Assembly: GCF_009914755.1 (NCBI RefSeq)
Contig: NC_060935.1
Strand: one strand, 5' to 3'
Length of the DNA stretch: 64,000 nucleotides
From: the human T2T-CHM13v2.0 reference genome, Homo sapiens
Shown: positions 1 to 62,742 of the stretch, piece by piece
Numbering within the stretch: the stretch's first letter is position 1
How the letters are laid out: each line of letters starts with the position of its first letter
Notes under the pieces: generated by a model
Database searches by the model: none
Told to the model about the DNA's origin: nothing
The model's input: the letters and a program-made list of their open reading frames with translations, nothing else
Translations under genes and position numbers: made by a program

Positions 1-164
1 ACTTTTTGCTAATATAGACTGGCCTGTCCAGGGAGAATCATAGGAAGGTTCCACTGTGTTTATGTTTTTATTTTTTTTTTTCAGAATAGTCTTACCTAGT
101 TCATTATTCCACGGTGGAAAAGATTTCCTGCTTTGTTAAGCCATCTACTTAGAGATTTCTTCAT

Positions 165-2034
<1,870 letters not shown>

Positions 2035-2247
2035 CTTATTTTCCTTATTTTTTAACCAACCCACTCTGTACGTCTCCATGCCTGTAGCTTAATTGAAGTA
2101 GTAGGAATTACTAATGCTCCATCAGCAGAGGTATTTGAGCAGATGAGTAAGGAAGGCTTTGTTTTATTTTGTTTCTACGTGTTTTGGCTATAGAGGCCCT
2201 TAGGAGTAAAGAATCAGGTAACATTTCTTATTTTTTCTTCCATACAG

Positions 2248-18350
<16,103 letters not shown>

Positions 18351-19032
18351 AAGTATCCTTGAGTCCCAGCAGCACCCCCTTTTTGTGGCCCCAGGGCATA
18401 AGCAGCCTCCCATGCATCAGCTGCTCCCACCCCTCATCCTGCTCTGAGCCAGGTGGAAGGGAGGCTGGCTTCTCCCATGGGGACCCAGAAGTCCCTACTC
18501 TTGGACCTCCTGGAGACTCCGTGGCGGCAGTCAAGCCCAGTGCCCAGTTGGAGAAGACTCACGTGCTGGCCTTGGAGATGGGAAGAACCTTCGTACGAAA
18601 AAGCCCTCAGCAGGGCCATCTGTGTGCCCTGCCCATCACCAACTGCTTCCCAAGGGTGTCATCCTGTTCCTCCTGCTGCCGGCCTCCTGCCTGGGCCTGC
18701 CTTGCAGCTGGCCCCTTCCCTGCCTGCTGTCACCATCCACTGTTTGACATTCCAGCTGGTGGCCAAGAGATTGGTGTGGAGGCAGAAAGAGGAAGGAGAC
18801 AGTGCCAGGAGGAAGAAGGAAGGAGTCCCTTAGCTCTCTTCATTGTCCCCTTTACTTCCTGCTATCTTCTTCTCCTCTTCTTCTCTCTCTTGCCTCTATG
18901 CCTGTATTTCTGGCAATATGACAGGCCTGCCTACCCAAGATCAGAACTCCAAAACCACTCCCACCCCTGAAGGTCGGGAGGGTCTGAGCAGCCCTGGTGG
19001 CTGCCTGTGCTCAGGTCCTCAGCTCCATGGGA

Positions 19033-19038
19033 AATAAA
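19033..19038 (+). terminator. Possible proximal ATG13 polyadenylation signal AATAAA
   Basis: ggaAATAAAaatgg within the 3' UTR. Confidence 0.45.
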
Positions 19039-20511
19039 AATGGCACCCTGAATCTCTAGGATTTTGTCACTTGGAGTCACAGCAAAGTTCTCTTCCTCTT
19101 GTCCCCCCGTTGCTGCTCCTTGGTTATAGAACATGGTAAATATTTATTACTTTCAGAGAAACCAGATATTTTATAGAGGAAATATGTTTGAGGTGAGTTG
19201 TTTTTCACTTGGAGAAGGCGGAGGGCTCTTCCTGGGACGGAGACCTCCTCCTCCGGAGGTTATTGAGAATCCGGGCTGCTGCTTTGAGGATCTTCCCACC
19301 ATACAGACAGCGAGATCCAAGAAGAGGGCTGGCCGGGGGCAAAGTCACCTCCCAGTGTGGCTGCACTGGAACTGACTAAAGGCTTTACCTTGGATAGTTG
19401 CGTATTCCTGGTGAGAGCCTTACATCTCCCACAGTTTCTGCAGAGTGACTGACTCCATTCTGGCAGCCCAGGAAGTCCTGGGTGCTAAATGTGATGGCCA
19501 CATGTAGTGGTTAGGGGATGTTGTGTGTGTCCCCCAACTGCCTGGGTACTTGTTCCTGATCCCTGGGGCTGTCCTGTGGAGCTTTTCCTCCTGCTTGGGC
19601 CTAGCTACCATCTCCCTCTAATCCCAGGTTCTCTACACTGCCCTGGGGTTTACCAGCTGGATTGGCTTCTGGTTGAGAAATCAAAGCTGGGCGTATGATT
19701 GACTTAACCCTTCAGGTATTGTTACTTGAATAAGTCAAGTGCCTAGCCTCACCCACCTATGATCTGTCCTTTCCCAGCCTCGCTGGTAGTCCTGGTCAAG
19801 GAGATCTAGGTCTACTCCATTCCTCCTGGCCCACCTGGGGCATTCACTGGCAGCAGCTGTGCTTCAGTGGAGCAGGTGGCTCTCAGCTGCTTGTTAGTAT
19901 ACTGCATGTGACACTGTTCCCACATACAAGGCTGACTTCTGAGGATTGGAGCAGGCTCTGGCGGGGACCAGAGCTCTGCGTGCTGCTGCTGCCACCAAGA
20001 AGTGTTAGCAGAAGCAGTAGCAGCCAACTGGCCCTCCTGACTTTGGCCCAGAGCACATGCGTGGCTTGCTGAACCCAGGCTCAGGTTTATCCCCAAGGCC
20101 CCAGCTTTGAGAAGGGGGAAGGCCCCTGGTAAGTTATTGATGCCCCCATATTTCAGCTACTGCTCTCTTTCCAAGGCCTTGCATGGAAAGGCCTAGCCAT
20201 TGTCTGAGGCAGCAATCTTTGGCATCTACAGGTGGCAGCAGCCTTTCACCAGGGCTCCATCTGTGAAGAGTCTCAGCCATGACTTTGAGCTGAGCTTGGG
20301 AGAAGTAAAGCAACTGTTAAGGCCAGCCCTTGCCCCTCAGACCTGCCATGAAAGGAATGAGCCCTAGACTGACTCCTGCAGCACCCCCGGGACAGGCTGG
20401 GACCAGCTGTTTGTCTCCAGGTGTCAGAGTCCCTCCTCCTCCTCCAACCTCTCCAACCTACTTTGTTTGGAAATACCGAGCTACACTTCAAAATGTATTC
20501 AAGGGATTTCC

Positions 20512-20517
20512 AATAAA
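20512..20517 (+). terminator. ATG13 distal polyadenylation signal AATAAA
   Basis: ccAATAAAtttttttctgtactttaca followed by GT/T-rich sequence. Confidence 0.75.
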
Positions 20518-22157
20518 TTTTTTTCTGTACTTTACAGCCTCCTGTCCTGTAGGTTGTCTGAAGACCTCGTAACCCCTTCCCCACCCCTGCCCCAGTGCAG
20601 GTCTGGGAAAGGGGAGAGTGGTGCGTTGTGAAGCGCAGAAAGACCTCAAGTGTCTGGGCAAGCCTGTTTTGAGTCGGGTGTGGCCTCTTAGGGGCTGTAT
20701 ACCCTGGGGTTTCCTGGGTCAGGAAACTTCTTAGTATTTCTCTTTCCCTGGTCCCCTATCAGGGGCTTGAATTTGAATATTCAGTTGGAGAATGCATTTA
20801 AAATACACCCATAGTAAAATCTCCATAAAATGCAGGCCACCGTTATCAGCTCTTTATTGCTCTTACATAACAACTCACCCTGGAGGGAAAAACAACAGTG
20901 CAAGGCAGGGAGTGCAGGGCTCCCCAAGCCATCTGGGGGATTTGTGGCTGAGCAAGCAGAAGAGAAGTAGCAGGAAGTTAAAGGTCCATGCAAGTTTGTT
21001 AGCTGCCTTGATCTGACTGGCGGTGCTTGAGCAGCCAGGAAGAGTAGAAGAGCCCCGGGGTATGCGTCCTGTCTGGCTCCTGGGGCCTGGGGCTGCAGGC
21101 CTCTCAACCCGGCCAGGGCCAGCCCCGCCTCCTAATTCTCCTAGTTTGTGACCATAGTTAGGGGAGGGAGCTGATTGGTGGAGACAACATCCCGGAGGTA
21201 GGGATGGTTCTAGAGGCAAAAGAGAACTGACAGAACTGGACAGCTGCTGTCTGGGTTGCTTCCCCACCCGCCTTCAGGCTGAAGCTAGGCCCAGGATTAA
21301 AAGGGCTGGTTAGAAAAGTCCAAATCCAGCCTATTCCTGGAGCCAGGAGCTCCTGATTATTAGTAAACCAGGTGACACTGATCATGTGGCCAGCCAGGAC
21401 AGTTGCCCAATACCTGAGTCAGAAGTGACGAAAAGGCTGTTCTGGTGTTCCCCCTTCAATCAGGAACCCCCAATAACAAAGTTTTCAGTTGCCCCATGCC
21501 CAGCAATGGTGTCCTACCTCTTTAAAGCATCTCCCTACACTCTACCCCTGGAGGCCATCGTTGTTAAGGCCTTGGTAAATTGGCATTTGAGTCACTCAGC
21601 AGAGGCCCTGCCAGGAGCCCAACCCAAGTAAACAGTTTCCTCGCTCCTGTTTCCCTGGGTCACTGCCTCTCTATTCCAGCCACTCAGCTCTAGCTGAGCA
21701 GATCCAGAGAGAGAGGAGGCCCCCAGTGCCTGGAGGAAGGCCACCATTGTGGAATGGGACTTGCTTCTTGGGGCTGAGGCCCAATGTTTGTAATCACCAT
21801 CTGTAACCACAGCCTGATCCTGCAGCTCTGGCCCTGCTCCCCCAGCCCGGACAAGCAAGGAGGAGAAAAACCAGGCCCAACTGGGGCCGCTATAGCCTCC
21901 TGATTGCCATTAGCAAGCAAGCAGCAGACACCTGGAACCTGACCACTATGGGAGGTGAAATTCTGGCCTACCTTCTCACCAACAAACCTGTCAAAAAAAA
22001 ATGCGGTAAATAATCATCTTAACTTTTAAAGCAAAGCAAAACTTGCTTAAGAGAGGATAGGAGAACTGGATCTGTCACAGCCTCCGTGTGGGCCTGGCAG
22101 GTGGAAATGGCCTGGCCTCAGGCTGAGGGGTGGGCAGGAAGGGAGGACTCGGGCTGA

Positions 22158-22569
<412 letters not shown>

Positions 22570-23110
22570 GTGTCTGCATTATTTCTGATCCTCAAAGGAA
22601 CCGTCTTCTGATGAAGCAGCAGCCACAGGGGTGGTGAGCCAGTGATGATGACTGTTAGCGGTGAGAGCTGGCACGTGAGGGAACGAGGACTCAAACTCTC
22701 GTGTGACTCCAGATCCCACACCATTGTCCATCACAGTCCACACCACTTTTCTTCCCCCTGCTTGCCTTAGATAAATCTAAGATCCCTTCAAACTTCCGGT
22801 ACCTTCCAGTTGGGAAACAGGAGAGGCCCTGGTCATAGGATGCAGCACATGGTGGCCTGCTGGAATGCTGGGGGTACAAACAACGGGAAGGTGGCCGTGG
22901 ACACCTCCATGCCTAGAAGCTGGTCAGGAAGCTGCCCTCATCACCACTCGAGTGCACAAGATGAGGAAGCGGCAGACGGACTGGGGAGGGGACTTCCTGA
23001 GGCCCCATCTGTTCCTCTTCCTCCACCGCACCACACTTCCCATCCAGTTTCCAACTTCCACACCCAACTCATTTCCCCAACATCCAGATGAGCAGTTTTG
23101 CATCAACATT

Positions 23111-23116
23111 TTTATT
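23111..23116 (-). terminator. ARHGAP1 polyadenylation signal AATAAA
   Basis: Plus-strand tttatt; TGTA upstream elements on the minus strand. Confidence 0.8.
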
Positions 23117-23685
23117 GAAATACAAAAAGTGCAAACGGTGAAATACATGATTGGTGCCAAGGAAGTCATTAAGTGTGAATGTGAACACTGGATTCACACA
23201 GTACAAGCACCCGCTCCCTGGGGTACAGACCAGTGGGGGACATGAGAAAGACCAAATAGATCCGAAAGGCTCCCCAGTGAATGGGGCTGTGAGCGACACT
23301 TGATACACAAAGGAGGGCGGAGAGCAGAGCAGCCCTGGCCGAGGCTAGAGACCAAGGGACTGATGAAGAACCAGCAGCAGCCCAGGCCCCAGGGGGCTGG
23401 ATGCACTGCTGATGGTCTTGGGAGAGCCCAGCGAAGTTATGCCCAGGCCCAGCCTGGCTTGCGGATGGGGCTGGGCTGGTCAGTGAGGATCCCCACAGTA
23501 CGGGCTCTGGAATCATCCTGCCTGGCCAAGGTCATGGGGGCAGGGTCACTGCAGGTACTTCCCTGTACTCCCCAAGGACAAGGCTGCAGGAAGAGGGATC
23601 CCCAGGAAGGAGTGTAATTCTACGAGACAGTGGGAGTGAGATCAGCCATCACTGGGGCCGAGGTTCTTTGAAAGACAACAGGGCT

Positions 23686-23982
<297 letters not shown>

Positions 23983-25052
23983 CTAGAGCCCCTTAATCCC
24001 CTGGGGAAATTGCTAGAACCCACCTATCTGGACTGACCTATCAGCACAATCTCTGCCCCTCCTACGGGCACTCTTAGTCTCTACCCCAGCCCCTTTAAGA
24101 GTCCCCCAGCTGGAGGAAGGAGCCATAAGATCCTGAGGCACTGAGTCACCTCTGGCTGGGGCAGGGGCCAGTGTGACTCCGTAACAGACAGGTCCACAAG
24201 AACATGAAGGCTGATGATCTGCCCGTGTGGGAAAGGAGGCCAAGAGGGGAGAGGCTAACCTGGCCGGTCACTGATTCCATCACACGCTGTAGCTCTCGGG
24301 GGCGGGGAGGTGGAGAGGGAGGTTTCAAGTGGATGCTGGGACTCTGAGCCATGTCATCCAAGCTACCAGTCCCTGCACAACCAAGGGGTTAGGACACCCC
24401 AGGGGCAGTATCACTTGGGAAAGGCTGACCCAGGATGTGTGGAAGAGGAGGCAGAAAGCAGACACAGTCTCCAGCCCTGTCACTCCTCAGCAGGGGAAAT
24501 ACCCCAGACTGCGCTGCTGGGGGCAGTACAGGAGCAAGGGTGCTTGCACTCAGGCCTTCATGCAGTGGGGCTTCTGCAAAGCAGGGCAGCCTACCAGATA
24601 GGGAGGCACCTCAGCTTGGGGCGGTGTCCACACCAAAGAGCTCAGCTGCTCATTCCCAGCAATCAAGAGGGGAGGACTGGCCCCTGCTACCAGCCCAGCC
24701 GGCAGTCATTTGATTCATCCACACTTGCTAGGGAAACAGAGGCAGGAAAAAGCAGGAAAGGGGTTACTGGGGCTCAGTCCTTCTCCAGCTGGAAGAGCCA
24801 AGCCCAGCTCTGGAGAGCCCAGCAAAAGCCCGGTGTCCAGAGAGGCAGTGAGAAGTGTAAGGCAGAGAAAAACGTCTTCTGGTAACAGCGAGGCCGCCAG
24901 GGCCGTGAGGCGGGCTGGACAGAGGTGGGGGAGAGCATGCCTGATGGGTGGCTCCAACATCTCTCTCCAGGGGGCTTCATGGCCCCTGATGCCAGGAGGA
25001 AGAGTCCAAACCCGGGCTACCAGAGAAGGGGCTGGTGGGGCAGGGGCCAGGT

Positions 25053-42124
<17,072 letters not shown>

Positions 42125-42605
42125 GGCCAAGCCTGTCCCAGACAGCCTTGCCCTGCAGAACCTTAAGAGAAACCTGGGAGAGAGGAAGACAGGTGGCAGG
42201 TCAGTGACCTGCTCTTTTCACCTTCTGCGACCTCCACCGCGTGCCCTCCTGCCCCCACCATTCCCTCTCCCAGGCTCCCTGTCCCTATTCCTCAACACTC
42301 CTCATCCCCGCCAAGAGCTCCACGTAGCTCTGGGTTCTCCTGGCTCCGTGGCTCAGGCGTGTTGCCAGAAAAGGCAGCTGGGGCAGAGGATGGCACAGCT
42401 CAGCGCCTCCCTCCAGGCCCTGCAGCTGGGGAGGGAAGAGCTGTGCCAGGTCCTGTGCCGCCCGCCACCCAGCTGGCTCAGTGATGCAGTCCCAGCTGTA
42501 GAGGGCAGAGGTCCACGCCCCTCGCCTCAGGAGACCTGGACACAGAAGCCTCCCAGGCTCTAGCAGTTACAGGGGTAGAAATGTTGTAAGAATCTAAGGA
42601 ACATG

Positions 42606-46185
<3,580 letters not shown>

Positions 46186-46566
46186 AAGTTGAACTGAAAG
46201 CGTGGCCTAATAAGTGGCAAGGAGGAACACTTCCCCCAAATTTCTTCTTCTTAGTGCTTTGCCAGATCAGATCTGGGAGATTTCCCCCTCCCGCCGGCTT
46301 GCTGGATGACAGCGATCCGGCCTGGACTCTGCCCTGGGGAAGGCAGGAAGAAGGTAGTGAAAATGATTAAGTCCTCTTATTGCAGGCGCCAAAATGGGGC
46401 AGAAACCCTGCAGGAAGGCCAGGCCTCTGAGCCCAGTTCCACCCCCGTTCCCCTCCTCGGATCTGCTCCGGTCCTCCCCATCCGGACCCCATCCCTTCGG
46501 ACGACCTGGCCAGCTCCTTTCCTTTCCCCATCCCCACCCGGGGAGACCCCGCGCCCAGCAGCTCAC

Positions 46567-46640
46567 CGCGCTCGGGCACTGCTCCCTCTGCCACGCCTGT
46601 CAAGGCTCGGCAAACATCCGGCTCCGCGGTGGAACGGGAA
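46567..46640 (-). other. ARHGAP1: ARHGAP1 non-coding exon 1 (TSS approximate)
   Basis: Donor GCG|gtgagc on the minus strand at 46567, inside the CpG-rich region. Confidence 0.7.
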
Positions 46641-47063
46641 CCGCCCCCTCCCGCTCTCTTCTATCCCCAACCATTTCCGCCACACCTCCAACCCACTTCC
46701 GGCCCCAAACATGGCCTTTCCAGGAGCCCCGCCCACTTCCTGCACATGCCCGCCTAAGTTCCTGCCTCGGGGAGGTAACAGCATAACTGTCCGACTCGTC
46801 GCTCCCAAAGAGATGGCTGGAACAATTAGTTCCGCTTTCCCAGCTAGTCGAATCACTGGTGCACCTCCGGAATCCGAGGTTCGCATTGCTCTCGGACAGA
46901 GTTCTGCCTCCCCAGTACTCCCAAACTCCCAGTCCTGTGCACCAATGAGGTCCAGCTCTGAGGCTTCTTTCCTGAGAAAAAAATTTGGAAGTCCGTGACT
47001 GTTTCCTGGAGGAGCTGAGAAGAGGAAGCTCACTTCCGGCGTAGGGAGGCTTTCTGACCCGGA

Positions 47064-51867
<4,804 letters not shown>

Positions 51868-51894
51868 CAGCTTTGCCTTTTGCTGACACAGCTC

Positions 51895-51900
51895 CATAAA
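51895..51900 (+). terminator. Probable non-canonical ZNF408 poly(A) signal CATAAA
   Basis: Only PAS-like hexamer near the stop; GT/T-rich sequence follows at ~51920-51950. Confidence 0.5.
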
Positions 51901-52293
51901 GACTCGTGCTTTCTCACTGCTGCGTGTCTGCATCTTCTTTCTTGGGGTTGCCTAGTAGGGATTAGAGTCTACTATGACAGACAGATCAAGGACTTCCCTT
52001 CCTGCTTAAGAACCACCAAATCGTGTTCCAAGCATACTAGGTCAAACCTCTTCTGAAGTAGAGATGTTTGAATTGACATCCGGTAGAGCTTGTTGTTCTG
52101 CCTCCTTCCCTAGGAACGCCACAGGGTGCTTATTGTTTAAGCGCTGCTGAAGGGACCCAGTGAGGCAGTGGTCGTTGGCAGCGCTACTGCTGACTGGTTG
52201 CTTAGCACCAGGATGGTCACACCCATGGAGCTCCTTGAGGGACAGGCGCTTCAATTTGGAAGCAAATCGAATGGCTTTTAAGACTGAACACCG

Positions 52294-52613
<320 letters not shown>

Positions 52614-52689
52614 CTAGGGCCAGATCTGTGCCCCTCTGTGTGCCTGGTCTAAAGGCCGCCCTGTTCAGGGAAGGACATGTGTTTTGCAT

Positions 52690-54070
<1,381 letters not shown>

Positions 54071-54587
54071 GTGGGTGGCTATGTGCTCCAGGAGGCACAA
54101 GTGACACAATTCAAAGACAGTGGAAAAGAGGGAGGTCTAACTCAAGTTTTCTTTTTTTTTTTGTTTTATTAATTTTATTTTGAGATGGAGTTTTCCTCTG
54201 TCTCCCAGGCTGGAGTGAAGTGGTGTGATCTCGGCTCACTGCAATCTCCGTCCCCCAGGTTCAAGCGATTCTCCTGCCTCAGCTTCCTGAGTAGCTGGGA
54301 TTATAGGTGCCTGCCACCAGGCCCCCCAGCTAATTTTTGTATTTTTCGTTGAGACAGGGTTTCACCATGCTGGCCAGGCTGGTCTCAAACTCCTAACCTC
54401 AGGCGATCCACCCACCTCGGCCTCCCACAGTACTAGGATTACAGGTGTGAACCACAGCACCTAGCCTCAAGGTTTCTAAAGTAAGTAAGTAGGTAACGGT
54501 GGGACCCAGGACAATTATGATTTGGGTTTGGGATGAGTTCAAACTCAGAACTCATCCCAAAGGGGGTCAACAAAGGGGGTCTTGGGA

Positions 54588-55795
<1,208 letters not shown>

Positions 55796-56162
55796 TACAG
55801 AGAGCAGGGAGGAAGACCAAGGCCAGGATGGTCAAGCGCTTCAGGTTCAGTGACAGGAGGTAGGCTTATCAAGGGACACAAAAAATCACCCAACGAAAGA
55901 GAAAAACCTACAAAGTGCATGCCATTGAAGCTGATGGAAAAGTTTCAACAAGGGGGATGTGGTTAGCAATGTCCATTGCTATTGGGAGAGTTGAAGTTTA
56001 TGGAAGTTACTGGCAAGCTGAGGGAGAGCCGGAGGAAGCCAGATGGGATTGCCTTGAGGGGCGGGAGGCAAGAGAGATGGAAAAGATAGACTTGCTTGTT
56101 TTATGCCTCTACTGTCCTGCAAAATAGGAATTGTGGTCCCTGTCTTACAGATAAAGAAACTA

Positions 56163-56475
<313 letters not shown>

Positions 56476-56787
56476 TCAGAGAGGATGACAAGATCACACC
56501 ATCAGTAAGAGGCAAAGCCAGGATTCTTCTTTTTTTTTTTTTTTTTTTTTTTGAGACAGAATCTCACTCTGTCACCCAGCCTGAACTGCAGTGTTGCGGT
56601 CTCTGCTAACTCTACTCCGCTAACTTTACCTCCTCTTCCCGGGTTCAAGCGATTCTCCTGCTTCAGCCTCCCAAGTAGCTGGGATTAAAGGTGTGTGCCA
56701 ACATGCCCGGCTAATTTTTGTAGTTTTAGTAGAGATGGAGTTTTGCCATATTGGCCAGGCTGGTCTCAAACCCCTGACCTCAAGTGA

Positions 56788-56937
<150 letters not shown>

Positions 56938-57811
56938 TGACATTAACCCAGTTGCCTGCCCAATCTGAAAAACTTGGCAAAGCATAAACCTAAAATTGTC
57001 CAAGGGGCGGGAGGACAGCAGGAAATCGTGGTGATCTGTGAAGAGAAAGGCCACACTGTCCAAAGCCTGAGAAACAGCTGCTAAGATTAGTTTTGAGTCA
57101 GCCTACCCTGTGACTTGGAACCTGCTCAATTTCTTTTCCAGCTCCTGACTCAGGCAGGCCCACTTCAACTCAGGGGACTGCTCAGCAGTGTCTGCCTAGC
57201 GTTTTAGGCATCCTGGGGACACGCTCCTTGCTTGACATTGAACTGTGCAGGACGTGGGGATGCTCTGGGCTGTCCGGGAGGCCTGTTGACACCCCACAGC
57301 ATCCCCAGGCCAACAGCTGAGATGCCCACACTCCCTTTCCACATTCCCCACACAGATTGGAGAATTTTTCCTCCATTAAAGCCGTCCCTGGTACATGGTA
57401 CATGGAGCAGGGTCGGAGCAGGGTCAGGACAGAGCCAACGGATTGGAAGGCAGGTGATTTGGGAGTCTCTGCTCTGGCAACACGCATGGCTCAAGTGAGA
57501 ATGGGTGTTACACAGCATCTCCCAAGATCCTCATGTTACAGTTACCCATGAGAAAACAGAGGCCACAACACAAGTCACTTGCCAGGGTCAGAAGACCAGT
57601 CAGTAGCAGAACCAGGACAGAATTCCGGCCTTCTGATTCCTAATTTAGTGCTCTTCCAGCTCAAATAAAAGGCAGACCATTCTTGGAAAGACTAATCACT
57701 GGAATATTTTTTTTCACTGAGAAAATATTTTCAGAATTTCAAGGCTACAGTGAGCTGTGATTTTACCACTGCATTCTAGCCTGGGCAGCACAACAAGACC
57801 CTGTCTGAAAA

Positions 57812-57837
57812 ATATATATATATATATATATATATAT
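57812..57837. repeat. (AT)n microsatellite
   Basis: Direct reading. Confidence 0.95.
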
Positions 57838-58311
57838 TTTATTTTTTTTTCCCTCTGATTTCAATATAATTTTCATTTTATTTATTTTTTGAGATGGATT
57901 TTTTGTTTGAGATGGAGTCTTGCTCTATCGCCCAGGCTAAAGTGCAGTGGCACTGCCTCAGTTCACTGCGACCTCTGCCTCCTGGGTTCAAGCAATTCTC
58001 CTGCCTCAGCCTCCTGAGTAGCTGAGATTACAGGTACCTGCCACCACGCCCGGCTAATTTTTGTATTTTTAGTAGAGACGAGGTTTTACCATGTTGACCA
58101 GCCTGGTCTCGAACTCCTGACCTCAGGTGATCCACCCACCTTGGCCTCCCAAAGTGCTGGGATTACAGGGGTGAGCCACCATGCCCAGACTGTTTTTTGT
58201 GTTCTTAGTAGACACAGGGTTTCACCATGGTTGGCCAGGCTGGTTTTGAACTTCTGTCCTCAAGTGATCCACTCACCTCAGCCTCCCAAAGTGTTAGGAT
58301 TACAGGCATGA

Positions 58312-58627
<316 letters not shown>

Positions 58628-59029
58628 TGACCACATATAATTTTTATTAATTATAATGTTGAAAGTCCCTTTATTCCACACCTCTCCTCTCATTCACTCC
58701 TGATAGGTCATTTTTAATGATTTGATGTATATACTGAATTTGGATGCTTCTTGCTACAGGGCAAAGACGCTAATAAGATTTTGCTGGAGCCTTTTCACAG
58801 ATGCAAGTCAATCCAGGCAGTGTCTATAGCTGCTGAACCCAAAATCAGAAAGTGAGGGCTATCAAAGCTCTTCTGTCCTGATTTGCAACTTTAGTAGTGC
58901 AAGAAAAAAAATCTTAGAATAAAAAATGGGTACCGTTCAGAGACCTTTAGAGATTGCAAGGCATCACAGATGATAAAAAGCTCCATCTCTAGACGTGTTC
59001 AGGAGTGGGTTGGGGCTTTGACCTTGACT

Positions 59030-59150
59030 AGCTGCATCAACTTGGACAAGTCACTTCGCTTCCCTGTGCCTCAGTTTCCTCATCCATAAAATGGGGATAA
59101 GTATAGTACCTACCTCATAAGTCCTGCCTACCTGGCACATGGTGAGCAAT
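59030..59150 (+). mobile_element. MIR SINE core
   Basis: ttggacaagtcactt...ctgtgcctcagtttcctcatccataaaatggggataa. Confidence 0.85.
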
Positions 59151-59155
59151 TACTA

Positions 59156-59747
<592 letters not shown>

Positions 59748-60400
59748 TTAATTAATTAATAAAAAAATAAGTTGGGCATGGTGGCACCTGCCTGTAGTCC
59801 AAGCTACTCAGGAGGCTGAGGTGGGAGGATCACTTGAGCCAGGAGTTCTAGGCTGCAGTGAGCTATTATCACGCCACCATACTCCAGCCTGCTGTATGTA
59901 CTCCAGCCTGGGCAACAGAGTGACACCCTGTCTCAAAGTAAAGTAAAATAAAAATTAAAAAACAAATTACTAAATTGTACTTAACAGTATTGTCATCAGT
60001 CTTCCTAAATAGGAGGACAGGCAAAATTAAGGGACTTAACATGTGCCCTCAGGTATAGTAGTTTGGGGCAGGCCAGCATCACCCGCACAGTAGTTCTGTA
60101 CTGTAGGTGCGTGTTCTCTGGGTCAACTTTATGGCCCAGTGAGGCCGTACTCTACCAGAATGTCAGGGGACAAGGGTTGGGAGAGGCAAAAGTGCTGGTC
60201 TGAAGCAGGAGTCTGGGTTTCCATCCTAGCTCTACCACCAATTCTGTATGACCGTGCCCCCTCCATTTCCTCCATGACCACATAGAGACATGGGGCAGTT
60301 GGATGAAATCAATGATTCCCAGTCTTGGCTCTATCATGGAACCATTTGCTAACTTCTTTTTTTCTCTTATGGATCCCATATTTTTAAAGATTTTTACTAA

Positions 60401-60505
<105 letters not shown>

Positions 60506-61695
60506 TGAGTAGCTGGGATTATAGGTGCTCACCAGGCCCGGCTAATTTTTTTGTATTTTTAGTAGAGACAGAATTTCACCATGTTGGCCAGGCTGATTTC
60601 AAACTCCTGACCTCAAGTGATCTGCTCACCTCAGCCTCCCAAAGTGCTGGGATTACAGGCGTGAGTCACTATGCCCAGCCGCTTACTCACATTTTCTAGT
60701 CAAAATAGAAAACTGCTTAAGTCACTGTCTGCAGAAGAGCAAAAAAAAAAAAAAGAAATAAAAAATTGAAAACTGCTGATCAGATTGAGAAAAACATAAG
60801 ATTATTCACCACCTAAAGAGAAAAAATTTCAGTCGAAAGGGAAAAAAATTCATTTTTGTCTTAATAAGGCAAATTCACAATTTTTGAGGTTTTAACAAAA
60901 TATATGCAGAAAGACAAGGCCACCCCGTAGAACGTGCACACAGCCCTAGGCTTGGAAATGGCTGGATTTAATAATATCTGGTCTTTCTTTGAGCCCTGAA
61001 ATTCTCTAACACTATGTCTTGGAACATAATTTTACTGTTTTCAGTGGTTATAGAGATTTGCTTTACAATTTAGCATTGGTCTTTACCCATGATTTTGTTT
61101 GACGCCAACTTGTTGGGCAGGAATGCACCCCCTGCCCCCCGCTTTGTTATGGCCTTGCTCCTATAGGGCAAGAATATCTGCTTTAAGGCCGGGTGTGGTG
61201 GCTCAGGCCTGTAATCCCAGCACTTTGAGGGGCCAAGGCGGGCAGATCACCTGAGGTCAGGAGTTTGAGACCAGCCTGGCCAGTATGGTGAAATCCTGTC
61301 TCTACTAAAAATAACAAAAATTAGCTGGGTGTGGTGGCACACACCTGTAATCCCAGCTATTTGGGAGGCCGAAACAAGAGAACCACTTGAACCCAGGAGG
61401 CGGAGGTTGCGGTGAGCCGAGATTATGCCACTGCACTCCAGCCTGGGAAACAGAGCAAGATTCCGTCTCACACACAAAAAATATATATATGTCTGCTTTA
61501 AGTATGCAGGCCGTGTTTGTGCTGAACGGCAGGAATGCCAAACTTGGCTGCATGGTACCAACTAGGGACCTCAGAGTTCCAAGGAGAACAAACAGTTGGT
61601 TCCTGGAGGCTGGGGGCTTGTATCAGACCCTGAAGACTAAGCATGTGCTGGGTCCATTGTTGTCCTGCACCCATGGTAGTGCACTAAACACCTAA

Positions 61696-62377
<682 letters not shown>

Positions 62378-62379
62378 TA

Positions 62380-62742
<363 letters not shown>

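Larger units (their letters stand above)
18351..20535 (+). other. ATG13: ATG13 3' UTR (end approximate)
   Basis: Repeat-free sequence after the stop codon, with AATAAA at 19033-19038 and 20512-20517. Confidence 0.75.

Noticed and set aside
18359-18970. 203-aa ORF starting just after the ATG13 stop (possible read-through or downstream ORF)
   Set aside because: Out of frame with ATG13, non-ATG start, low-complexity GC-rich UTR translation; in-frame read-through meets TGA after three codons
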